This document shows, piece by piece, positions 35,092 through 43,388 of a stretch of 64,000 nt of DNA. The translations under genes were made by a program, and so were the position numbers. Positions within the stretch are counted from its first letter, which is position 1. Each line of letters begins with the position of its first letter. The notes under the pieces were generated by a model. The model was not told the DNA's origin, searched no databases, and worked only from the letters and a program-made list of their open reading frames with translations. The stretch comes from an uncultured Bacteroides sp. (GTDB taxonomy: Bacteria > Bacteroidota > Bacteroidia > Bacteroidales > Bacteroidaceae), in NCBI GenBank assembly GCA_947574505.1, contig CANPJW010000003.1, positions 13,940 to 77,939 of the forward strand, written 5' to 3'.

Positions 35092-35451
35092 CTATTGTTT
35101 TGTATTCAACGAGGGAAGATTTTCCCCGGTTAACTTTCTTTTATTCCTTTTGCATTGAGAACTGGACATACATATCCGGCACCACGAAGTCTTTAAATGA
35201 TAGCTTTTGCCGTTCCGTACTACCGTCCGGTCATAGAAGCGATGAAGGGGAAGAACCTTTCCGCAATGCGTGCACCTCTTCCGCTCTATTCCGTCCACTG
35301 TAACCCGGTTCTTTGGCTTCCGTTTAACCAGCCGGCACGAAAGGCATTCACGTGCGCCATATCTCCGGCAATAGGCTATAGACCGTTCGCCGCATTTGGC
35401 GAAGTGGGTGCAATCAGTACGGGGCAATGTTTGATGTATATTCATAATCAT
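35092..35451 (-). CDS. Cys-rich putative Zn-binding phage-type protein
   Basis: CTHFAKC, CLSC, CTHC and CRIC motifs; in the leftward operon. Confidence 0.7.
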   Translation of the reverse strand: MIMNIHQTLPRTDCTHFAKCGERSIAYCRRYGARECLSCRLVKRKPKNRVTVDGIERKRCTHCGKVLPLHRFYDRTVVRNGKSYHLKTSWCRICMSSSQCKRNKRKLTGENLPSLNTKQ

Positions 35452-35547
35452 ATTCGTTTAAATGTAAACCCGGCAACCGTATTGTTACCGGGGTGGCTTT
35501 GTCGATTGGCGTCAACTTTAGTGCCGGTCCGAAGACCCCTGACAAAT

Positions 35548-35727
35548 CTATTTTGCTTTCGCTTCTTTTGGAATCCCTTTTGTGAAATCGTGGCTTATTA
35601 CGTTGCACCTCATTACAGGGGGCATTCTCCCCTCTAACTCATCAATGCGCTTTTGCGCTTCTTCCAATTTGCCACGAAGTATTTTATTTGATTCTATAAG
35701 TGTCTTGATTAAACGTATATCTGTCAT
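35548..35727 (-). CDS. 59-aa coiled-coil micro-protein (not in ORF track)
   Basis: MTDIRLIKTLIESNKILRGKLEEAQKRIDELEGRMPPVMRCNVISHDFTKGIPKEAKAK*; 7 bp after the previous stop. Confidence 0.65.
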   Translation of the reverse strand: MTDIRLIKTLIESNKILRGKLEEAQKRIDELEGRMPPVMRCNVISHDFTKGIPKEAKAK

Positions 35728-35734
35728 AACCTTA

Positions 35735-35890
35735 TTATTTTGCTTTTTCTATTTTCATCTTTATAATTCTCGGAGCCGTTGATTTCTTCGATTTCAATTC
35801 ATCTTCAAGCTCCTTTACTCTCTCCCTTAACTGTAAGTATTCATCTGTCAGTAATACAAGCCTTTGCAATAATATCTCGTATAAGTCCAT
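35735..35890 (-). CDS. 51-aa coiled-coil micro-protein (not in ORF track)
   Basis: MDLYEILLQRLVLLTDEYLQLRERVKELEDELKSKKSTAPRIIKMKIEKAK*; tightly packed in the operon. Confidence 0.65.
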   Translation of the reverse strand: MDLYEILLQRLVLLTDEYLQLRERVKELEDELKSKKSTAPRIIKMKIEKAK

Positions 35891-35899
35891 GATTCCTTT

Positions 35900-36136
35900 T
35901 TATTGATGTGAGTTGTAAACCATTTCATTTAGCACGGTGTAACCGTCTTTGCCTAGATTAACATTATAACTAGTGCCGGATTCTATACTAGCTAAGCTAT
36001 CAATAACGCAAGTTTGGCAGTACATAATGTTAACCGTTACTTTATCGTTGTTCTGTAGAATCTTCAGCAGTCTTTCTATAAACTGCTCTCCTTGCTCTGT
36101 CCGCTCTTTGCTGGCGGGTTCAATCTTCATTTCCAT
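35900..36136 (-). CDS. Hypothetical protein
   Basis: 78-aa ORF overlapping the upstream gene end in the packed operon. Confidence 0.6.
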   Translation of the reverse strand: MEMKIEPASKERTEQGEQFIERLLKILQNNDKVTVNIMYCQTCVIDSLASIESGTSYNVNLGKDGYTVLNEMVYNSHQ

Positions 36137-36452
36137 ACACTATAATTTCTTGTGCACCCTTTAACCCGTAACAGTAATCATCTATATTCACTCCGGTAAG
36201 TCCTAAAAGTGTTTTGTGCTCACCCCAACATTGGTGATCTAGTTCTATGGCTGCTTTCGCTATTGCTAAGACAATGCATCCGGCTTCTCTGTAGTTGTTA
36301 TCATCCATGAGCGTAGGAATAACTTCAAGTAAACATCTTGCCAATGTTACAGAGCCGTTTATTTCTAAAATCTCCTTGCCGAACTTTGCAAGGTTGTAAA
36401 CTTGGTCTGCCGTCAGACCTTCAAACTTTTCTCCAATTTCTGAAAATTCCAT
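36120..36452 (-). CDS. Hypothetical protein
   Basis: 110-aa ORF with AT-rich leader, in the operon. Confidence 0.65.
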   Translation of the reverse strand: MEFSEIGEKFEGLTADQVYNLAKFGKEILEINGSVTLARCLLEVIPTLMDDNNYREAGCIVLAIAKAAIELDHQCWGEHKTLLGLTGVNIDDYCYGLKGAQEIIVYGNED

Positions 36453-36464
36453 AGCGTTATTATT

Positions 36465-36557
36465 TTATATTGATTGATTCCTGTTCTTATCGTTAAACAT
36501 TTCATCCCAGATACAGAAAGCAAGAAGGATGATACAAATAATTAGTGTAGCGTTCAT
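36465..36557 (-). CDS. 30-aa single-TM peptide (not in ORF track)
   Basis: MNATLIICIILLAFCIWDEMFNDKNRNQSI*; fills the gap in the operon. Confidence 0.5.
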   Translation of the reverse strand: MNATLIICIILLAFCIWDEMFNDKNRNQSI

Positions 36558-36563
36558 TATTGA

Positions 36564-36647
36564 TTAAATATCAAAAAAGTGTTCGCCGGGCTTCTTGAAA
36601 AGCCGGTAGCCTAGATACAGGCACCCAAATACTATCATTATCTCCAT
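36564..36647 (-). CDS. 27-aa single-TM peptide (not in ORF track)
   Basis: MEIMIVFGCLYLGYRLFKKPGEHFFDI*; starts 4 bp after the upstream stop. Confidence 0.5.
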   Translation of the reverse strand: MEIMIVFGCLYLGYRLFKKPGEHFFDI

Positions 36648-36651
36648 CTCG

Positions 36652-36846
36652 TTATAATTCAATGGTTGTAACCTGTTGGTATATCGTTGAGGCTCTTATT
36701 AGCTCTAATGGTGTGCCAGTCACTTCTATTGCTATGTACTCTTCGTATTCGAATACCTTATGCTTTATTCCTTCTATCTTTAGCAAGGTAGCAATATCTT
36801 CTACTTGCTTGCTCTCGTGGAGCTTGTAAACCTTTGTTTCTGTCAT
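36652..36846 (-). CDS. Hypothetical protein
   Basis: 64-aa ORF in the operon. Confidence 0.6.
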   Translation of the reverse strand: MTETKVYKLHESKQVEDIATLLKIEGIKHKVFEYEEYIAIEVTGTPLELIRASTIYQQVTTIEL

Positions 36847-36899
36847 AGTGTATATTTTATGATGGGGTCGTTATTTCACTGACCCCACCGGGTTAATAA

Positions 36900-37292
36900 T
36901 CAATCACCACAATACGAGCCACACCCATAGCCCATTGCACGGCTAATACGGTTTTGATACTCATTGTAAGAGATACCCTCTTTGCGTGCTGCTATCTCGC
37001 CTTTCATGCGTTCCGCTTTGGCTTCCGCTTCTCTTCTGATCCGGTCGGCTTCGATTTGTGCACGAAGAAGAACCGAACTAATTGCGGCTTGCTCGTTCTC
37101 TTCACGTACCTTTGCTTCACGTGCTTTTGTCTCCGCTTCGATTGTCTGGCGTTCTTCGGCTACTTTAACCTCAAATTTTGCCATGCTCCAAGATTTACGG
37201 AGTGCATCGGCGAATGTTGGGTACTTTGCACGGGCGTTCGTAAATAGTGCCCAAGCTTTCTTCATTATTTTGCTTAAATCGTATCTTTTCAT
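36900..37292 (-). CDS. Hypothetical phage/IME protein, first gene of the leftward operon
   Basis: MKRYDLSKIMKKAW..FADALRKSW N-terminus and coiled coil; divergent from the XRE repressor. Confidence 0.75.
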   Translation of the reverse strand: MKRYDLSKIMKKAWALFTNARAKYPTFADALRKSWSMAKFEVKVAEERQTIEAETKAREAKVREENEQAAISSVLLRAQIEADRIRREAEAKAERMKGEIAARKEGISYNEYQNRISRAMGYGCGSYCGD

Positions 37293-37297
37293 ATTTC

Positions 37298-37458
37298 GTG
37301 ATTATTAATGTTACTTTGATAATGCAAATGTAACTCTTGTTATCACATTTGCAAAATATGGATCGTGTAAAATTTGATATTTAACGTTACTTAACCGAAT
37401 AAACGTGATAATATGCGTTTCATGTGAGTATATTTGCAACTGTAACATTTAATATCAC
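37298..37458. promoter_or_regulatory. Divergent promoter pair with four 17-bp operators (GTAAC-N7-ATCAC)
   Basis: Operators at 37298-37314, 37330-37346, 37405-37421 and 37442-37458; -7 elements TACATTTG (minus, 37325-37332) and TATATTTG (plus, 37429-37436). Confidence 0.75.
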
Positions 37459-37464
37459 ATAATT

Positions 37465-37764
37465 ATGAAACTATCAGTAAAAGAGGTATGTAAAGAAAAA
37501 GGGCTTACAATTCAAGACCTTGCCGATAAAATGGAAATGAAAAGAGAAAGTTTAAGTCGGGCTATCAATGGAAATCCAACACTTGAAACATTGGAAAAGA
37601 TTGCATCTGCTTTAGGTGTTGACGTTCCAGAGTTGTTTACCTCATCTTCTTCCGGTGGTATTATTGGAGTAATCCGCATAAGAGATACCAATTACAATAT
37701 AAATAGCGTATCGGACTTGTCCCGGTTGCTGGATAGAATAGAAAGCGGAGAAATCGTTTTATAA
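37465..37764 (+). CDS. XRE-family HTH repressor
   Basis: KEVCKEKGLTIQDLADKM..SLSRAINGNPTLETLEKIASALGV. Confidence 0.9.
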   Translation: MKLSVKEVCKEKGLTIQDLADKMEMKRESLSRAINGNPTLETLEKIASALGVDVPELFTSSSSGGIIGVIRIRDTNYNINSVSDLSRLLDRIESGEIVL

Positions 37765-37782
37765 TATCAAAGTAGAATAAAT

Positions 37783-38784
37783 ATGAAAAACGGAGAAATA
37801 GTAATATACAAATCGGAAGACGGACATATTAAGGTTGATGTTTTGTTTGAAGGAGAAACGGTTTGGTTAACCCAAGCGCAAATATGCGAGTTGTTTGGAA
37901 AATCTAAATCAACCATTAGTGAGCATATTAAAAATATTTTTGAGGAAGGAGAATTGAATATTGATTCAGTAGTTCGGAATTTCCGAACAACTGCATCTGA
38001 TGGAAAAGAATATGATACCAACTATTACAACCTTGATGTAATTATATCTGTTGGTTATCGTGTTAAATCCCATCAAGGTACACAGTTCCGTATTTGGGCA
38101 ACGCAACGACTACGGGAATATATCATTAAAGGATTTACATTAAACGATGAGCGATTTACTTCCGGTTCTTCCATGAACTATTTTAAAGAGCTTTTAGATA
38201 GAATCAGACAGATAAGGCTATCAGAGCGGGTTTTCTATCAACAGGTGAAGGATATTTACGCTACAAGTATAGATTATGATCCGTCCGATGAGATGACATT
38301 GACATTTTATAAGGAAGTACAAAATAAACTTCTTTGGGCTGTAAGCGGGAAAACGGCCGCAGAACTCATATACTATCGTTCTAATGCTACGCTACCCATG
38401 ATGGGGCTTACTTCCACTTCAAAACCGGGAAAAGTAACGAAGGCTGATGTACTTATTGGCAAAAACTATTTGAATGAAGAAGAAATAGGCGTGTTGAAGT
38501 TGATAGTAGAACAATATCTAGCTTATGCGGAAACACAAGCTTTACAACACAAGCCAATGTATATGAAAGATTGGATAGATAAATTAAGAATGGTATTAAC
38601 TATGAACGAAAAAACAATCTTAGAATGTGCAGGTACCATATCCCATGAACTGGCGGTTAAAAAAGTAGGTCAAGAGTATGCCCAATACAAGGAAGCCCAA
38701 AAAAGATTAGAGCATTTGAATAGCATTAAAGAATTAGATGAGGATATAAAGAAAATCGCTCATAAAAAGAAACCATCAAAGTAG
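37783..38784 (+). CDS. rhuM: Virulence RhuM family protein
   Basis: ETVWLTQAQICELF, YNLDVIISVGYRVKS, FRIWAT, IRLSERVFYQ. Confidence 0.9.
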   Translation: MKNGEIVIYKSEDGHIKVDVLFEGETVWLTQAQICELFGKSKSTISEHIKNIFEEGELNIDSVVRNFRTTASDGKEYDTNYYNLDVIISVGYRVKSHQGTQFRIWATQRLREYIIKGFTLNDERFTSGSSMNYFKELLDRIRQIRLSERVFYQQVKDIYATSIDYDPSDEMTLTFYKEVQNKLLWAVSGKTAAELIYYRSNATLPMMGLTSTSKPGKVTKADVLIGKNYLNEEEIGVLKLIVEQYLAYAETQALQHKPMYMKDWIDKLRMVLTMNEKTILECAGTISHELAVKKVGQEYAQYKEAQKRLEHLNSIKELDEDIKKIAHKKKPSK

Positions 38785-38791
38785 AATAGTC

Positions 38792-39553
38792 ATGAATGAA
38801 GATTTAAAACTGTTGTTAGATAAAGCTGACACACTCAAAGGGGAGTTATCCGCTTTACGTCCATTACCGGAAGATGCGCTGCAAAAGATACAGGATGCCT
38901 TGGATATAGAATATACTTACGAAAGTAACCGGATCGAAGGTAATACCCTTACATTACAGGAAACCGCATTAGTAGTAAATGAAGGAGTTACCATATCCGG
39001 CAAGTCTATGCGTGAACATCTGGAGGCTATCAATCATAGCGAGGCTATTGATTATATCAAAGATATAGCGAAGAAGGATATAGAGATAAGTGAACGTACT
39101 ATCAAAGAAATACACGCTCTTATCTTGCACGGAATAGATCGTGAAAATGCCGGGAAATACCGTACCGTTCCCGTTATGATTTCCGGTAGTACCCACATGC
39201 CGCCTCAGCCTTATTTGATAGAAAAGCAAATGGAGGATTTTATGATAAAGTTCCGGCAGTTGGAAGAAGAAAAAGTACATCCGGTACTTATAGCCGCATA
39301 TCTCCATGATGAACTTGTGCGTATTCATCCGTTTATTGATGGAAACGGGCGAACGTCACGTTTATTGATGAATCTTTATCTTTTACGGAATGGGTATACA
39401 TTGGTTACTTTAAAAGGCAGCAATGAGGATAAAATAAGCTATTATAAAGCACTGGAAGGATCTCACACAGAGAATAAGCCGGAAGCCTTTCAAAAGCTTG
39501 TTGTTGAGGCCGAAATAGCCTCTTTACAAAGATATTTATCTATAATGCAATAG
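38792..39553 (+). CDS. Fic family protein, class II (N-terminal inhibitory helix)
   Basis: HPFIDGNGRTSR active site; SNRIEGN inhibitory motif. Confidence 0.93.
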   Translation: MNEDLKLLLDKADTLKGELSALRPLPEDALQKIQDALDIEYTYESNRIEGNTLTLQETALVVNEGVTISGKSMREHLEAINHSEAIDYIKDIAKKDIEISERTIKEIHALILHGIDRENAGKYRTVPVMISGSTHMPPQPYLIEKQMEDFMIKFRQLEEEKVHPVLIAAYLHDELVRIHPFIDGNGRTSRLLMNLYLLRNGYTLVTLKGSNEDKISYYKALEGSHTENKPEAFQKLVVEAEIASLQRYLSIMQ

Positions 39554-39556
39554 GGT

Positions 39557-40108
39557 ATGAATACAAATGAAATAGATAAGTTGAGCCTTGCAAAAGCTCA
39601 TGCTTTGTTTGAGACTGGAGATATAGACCGTATCGAGGTAGGAACCGTAAAAGGATTGTGTGACATACACCGCTATCTGTTTGAGGGATTGTATAGCTTT
39701 GCCGGAAAGATACGTACTTTGAATATAGCAAAGGGGAACTTTCGTTTTGCCAACTGCATGTATCTTGATGTGATGCTCCCGGTAATAGAAAAGATGCCGG
39801 AAACGACATTTGAGGAAATCGTTGCTAAATATGTGGAGATGAATATCGCTCATCCGTTTATGGAAGGTAACGGTCGTACTATGCGCATTTGGCTTGATAT
39901 GATTCTGAAAAAACGTCTTGGCATGGTGATTGATTGGCAGAATGTGGATAAGGTTCTCTATTTGCAAGCTATGGAAAGAAGCCCGATTAATGATCTGGAA
40001 CTGCGAACTTTGTTACATCAAAGATTAACCAACCGAGTAGATGATAGAGAAGTTATATTCAAGGGTATTACACAATCGTACTATTACGAAGGTTATGAGC
40101 CTGAATAG
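39557..40108 (+). CDS. fic: Fic family protein adenylyltransferase, class III (C-terminal inhibitory helix, NmFic-like)
   Basis: [12 protein letters not shown]; [10 protein letters not shown]; C-terminal SYYYEG. Confidence 0.93.
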   Translation: MNTNEIDKLSLAKAHALFETGDIDRIEVGTVKGLCDIHRYLFEGLYSFAGKIRTLNIAKGNFRFANCMYLDVMLPVIEKMPETTFEEIVAKYVEMNIAHPFMEGNGRTMRIWLDMILKKRLGMVIDWQNVDKVLYLQAMERSPINDLELRTLLHQRLTNRVDDREVIFKGITQSYYYEGYEPE

Positions 40109-40134
40109 GGACCTATAAGGATTTGATAAAAGAG

Positions 40135-40170
40135 AACGCCCGTATATGATTGACCTGTGCGGGCGTTTTT
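40135..40170 (+). terminator. Terminator of the XRE-rhuM-fic-fic operon
   Basis: AACGCCCGTA...TGCGGGCGTT-TTT. Confidence 0.75.
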
Positions 40171-40512
40171 ATATCTACTTCCTTGTTATTTTTTTTGTTT
40201 TACCCTTGCCCTAATCTTGCCCCTTTTTGAGGGATTTACCCTTGTCTAAACCTTGTCTGTATTGCCAATGAAAAAAGCCTGTAGAAGGCATAAAAAAGGG
40301 GTTCCCAAAGTAGAAACCCCGAACGACTGGCAACGGTTGCGTATAGCTTCATACGCTCTTTATTTAGATACGTTCAAAATTATACATTATACCCGACAGT
40401 AGCAAATGATTTGCTTTAAAACGTCTGTTTTACTATTGTTTACTACTTTAGTAAAGCTGGGCAGAGAATCAATAGAGCATCCCTGCCCGGTATTGGTTAT
40501 ACAATCTTAGTG

Positions 40513-40746
40513 TCAGGAGATGCTATCTAATGTTTTCAGCATTTTTATAGCATCTTCCCGAAGAATCTCAATCAATCCCGCATCCGGGTGTTCATACATA
40601 ATTGTCTTAGTCTTTAGCGGGATAGTACGACGTAGGTGTTTTGCTAGCTCTTCCCCTTCAGCGTATGAAACAGGAATAAAATCTTTATCGGTACAAAGCC
40701 CTAATCCTATACCTACATCTTCTACTCTGTAATTTTTAATGTTCAT
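40513..40746 (-). CDS. Hypothetical protein
   Basis: 77-aa ORF at the end of the replication operon, followed by a hairpin. Confidence 0.6.
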   Translation of the reverse strand: MNIKNYRVEDVGIGLGLCTDKDFIPVSYAEGEELAKHLRRTIPLKTKTIMYEHPDAGLIEILREDAIKMLKTLDSIS

Positions 40747-40771
40747 TGCCTGGTCCTGATTTTGTTAGTAA

Positions 40772-41191
40772 TCATACAATCTTTGCCAGTGCGGAAATGA
40801 GTTTTTCCAGTTCTTCCCCTTCAATGGAAAAGCCGGGTTCCTCTCCGCTATCTTCCCTTACTTGTCTGGCCTCATCGCTTTCATCAATGGTGATAACTGC
40901 GAGGTTGGCCGGTGTTTCGTCCGGGTTTATTCCTCTGTATACCGTGATTTTGTCTACGAAAGATTCGGCTTTAAGGTCTATTCCTGATTTTGGCAGTTCT
41001 TCACTACCTAACTTTAGCAACTGAATCCCCAGTTTACGGGCTTCTTCCGCATTTAGGTGTACGGTGTTCTCTTCTGTTATGGATTCCCCGTTTACTGTTT
41101 TAGTGATAAGGACCTCGTTGTTATCACCTCTTCTCACATAAAGATGTTTTTCACTGTCTTTTCTTACTCCAAAAAATACATTCTGTTTCAT
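40772..41191 (-). CDS. Hypothetical protein with an internal duplication (possible PC4/PUR-like fold)
   Basis: 139 aa; two beta-beta-beta-alpha-like halves. Confidence 0.65.
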   Translation of the reverse strand: MKQNVFFGVRKDSEKHLYVRRGDNNEVLITKTVNGESITEENTVHLNAEEARKLGIQLLKLGSEELPKSGIDLKAESFVDKITVYRGINPDETPANLAVITIDESDEARQVREDSGEEPGFSIEGEELEKLISALAKIV

Positions 41192-41367
41192 GATTTTAAA
41201 AATTAAATTGGTTAATAATTTATTTAGCTGAGCAATGCTCTATTAATTGCCTTTATTTGGTATTCTGTTTGCGTTTAAGCGACTTTCATCTTATTATTCC
41301 GCAAAAGAAAAAGGCTTAAATCGCTTCATTTGGACTGAATATATTTTATCTGTCAAATTTCGGTAGT

Positions 41368-41610
41368 TCACTCTCTTCTTACTTTACATTCAAAACCTAG
41401 GTTTCTTAATTCATTCATCCGGTATTCTTGTAAAGGTCTGGGCTTTTCTTCCGGCCTTTTCACTTCGATAAACGATGCTTTCCCGTTCTTTAGGCATAAC
41501 AGGTCAGGAATACCCGGTTTATTCGTCAGAATCAATTTAACCACATAATAACCTTCTGCCTCTAACCGTTTGATGATGCGAGCCTGTATTTTACTTTCTA
41601 GTTCTGCCAT
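41368..41610 (-). CDS. VRR-NUC domain nuclease
   Basis: ESKIQ, GIPDLL, FIEVK, PRPLQ (PD-(D/E)xK); ATG at 41610. Confidence 0.9.
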   Translation of the reverse strand: MAELESKIQARIIKRLEAEGYYVVKLILTNKPGIPDLLCLKNGKASFIEVKRPEEKPRPLQEYRMNELRNLGFECKVRRE

Positions 41611-42811
41611 AGTACGAAAGTGTAAAGTCTTGCTTTCCGTGTACCGCTTCCAATATCTTGTTTTCAATCCCGCAGTCAGAGCAAAGAAAGTAAACATCTG
41701 CCGGGCTGGTGCGCTCTTTTGAAACTAGGCGGTTCTTGCCTTGCTCGTATGATAGATAACTAAATTCGAGATTAAAGAAAATCAAAGCATCCGCTGTATC
41801 AAGTCTCACACCTTCACGTGCTCGGCGAACTTGCGATATAAAGACTTTATTTGATGAGGCTTGAAACTCTTCCGGGCTGTCCGTCCAGTTCGGGAAAACA
41901 GACTGTAATAACTCCGCTTCGGACTGGTACACGTAAAACAATGCAATTTTTCGGTCTTTAAAATAGCCCTTCACAAAATCCGCCTTACTGCTGTCAAATA
42001 TCAAATGCTCGCCATTCTCGGAAATTACACTCCCGGAAGATAGTTGATGTAATTTAGTCAAAAGCTTTGCCGGTGAATCTCCTAGAACAGTATAGCCGTT
42101 GATGTCTACAACCAAATCGTTTTGTAATCTCCTGATATATTCTCCGGTCCTGTCTTCCATCTGTACCTGCAATATGTGCTCGTTGATATTCACCTCAAAT
42201 CCCGCCTGTTCCTGGGAGTAAGAGATAAACAGGTTTCTAGTATCATTGTCTATCTTTGGTTTGTTGGCGCATGAGTAGTCGTTTATGAGATACCCGTTTA
42301 CTCTCTTCTGCCGTGTGTATACGTACTCTTTCGCCCATTTATAGAAACTTTTATAGCTTTTCCACGGTGATTTGCTGCATACCCAGAATTGGTGATACAG
42401 CTGTGAGTAGCTTTCGGGTGAAGGTGTGCCGGACAAATAAAGCACGGGCAAACCTTCGCAAATGGTCCTTATCTCCTGTGTACGCTTACTTGGCTTGGGA
42501 TATGCTCCCAGTGAATGGGCCTCATCAATTATCACAAGGTCGTACTTTCCTGTCACCTTGTGGCTGCTTTCAAAATTGACAACTTCCAGCTTAAAAGATG
42601 GTTGTAATGCGATATAGTCGTTTTTTACGCTGGGGATGGCTTTTAGCTTGGTGATGAATAAAACACTTTTTGCGTTGAATTTATCAGCGGCATATAAAGC
42701 CGTGAGCGTTTTCCCTGTCCGGCATTCCATCGATAGGTAACAGCATCCGAAAGCTGTTAGTTTATTGGCCGCTTGGATAGCTATGTTATTTTGATATTCT
42801 CTTAGTTTCAT
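41591..42811 (-). CDS. Phage-type SF2 (SNF2/DEAD-like) helicase
   Basis: LREYQ, RTGKT, IIDEAH, LSGTP, EGVRL, EQGKNR. Confidence 0.88.
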   Translation of the reverse strand: MKLREYQNNIAIQAANKLTAFGCCYLSMECRTGKTLTALYAADKFNAKSVLFITKLKAIPSVKNDYIALQPSFKLEVVNFESSHKVTGKYDLVIIDEAHSLGAYPKPSKRTQEIRTICEGLPVLYLSGTPSPESYSQLYHQFWVCSKSPWKSYKSFYKWAKEYVYTRQKRVNGYLINDYSCANKPKIDNDTRNLFISYSQEQAGFEVNINEHILQVQMEDRTGEYIRRLQNDLVVDINGYTVLGDSPAKLLTKLHQLSSGSVISENGEHLIFDSSKADFVKGYFKDRKIALFYVYQSEAELLQSVFPNWTDSPEEFQASSNKVFISQVRRAREGVRLDTADALIFFNLEFSYLSYEQGKNRLVSKERTSPADVYFLCSDCGIENKILEAVHGKQDFTLSYYGRTRK

Positions 42812-43353
42812 ATATTTTTCTTTGTTTTGAACATGAATGAAGGAATATACTTCCCTATGTTTTCATTGATGATTTGCTGTCTTTTCCTGTACTTCTGTAT
42901 TTTTTTACCGTAGAGTGTTATTTTCCCCCGGTATAATGGTTTCCCGTACTTCTTGCGAGGATCATCCAACTTGCCTAACTTGCGGAAGAATATATTTGGC
43001 TTATTTTCCATTTGGATGCTATAGACGTGATTAAATGCGTACCGGCTTGCTATAATATTCCCGTCTAAAAATAGTTTTCGACATTTGCGCCTTGTGCATG
43101 GACAAACAAAATACCACACATAGCCCTGTCCTAAATTACTGGGCTCTTTTCTTAACTCTATCTTCTCCTGTTTTTTCTTCCCATTATACTCCCATAGAAA
43201 GACGCATATTTGTTCCTCTAGCGAAAAAACGATAGTGTATTGTACTCCATTAGCAGTAAAACTTGCCGATCCTTCAGAAAGCCTGAACAGCTCTTTTAGG
43301 TCTGATAGTGCAATGTGCGGATTATGATCTATTATTGTTTTCATCTTTCTCAA
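42808..43353 (-). CDS. Hypothetical basic protein with WYFxCP..C motif
   Basis: SNLGQGYVWYFVCPCTRRKCRKLF; between dnaB and the helicase. Confidence 0.7.
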   Translation of the reverse strand: MRKMKTIIDHNPHIALSDLKELFRLSEGSASFTANGVQYTIVFSLEEQICVFLWEYNGKKKQEKIELRKEPSNLGQGYVWYFVCPCTRRKCRKLFLDGNIIASRYAFNHVYSIQMENKPNIFFRKLGKLDDPRKKYGKPLYRGKITLYGKKIQKYRKRQQIINENIGKYIPSFMFKTKKNI

Positions 43354-43388
43354 TCTACTAAATACTTAGACAATAAAACCAATGTTCA

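Noticed and set aside
40236-40400. Minus-strand sRNA or 38-aa peptide convergent on the Fic operon
   Set aside because: A hairpin with U-tail is present, but there is no consensus TAnnTTTG promoter and no complementarity to the fic genes was seen.
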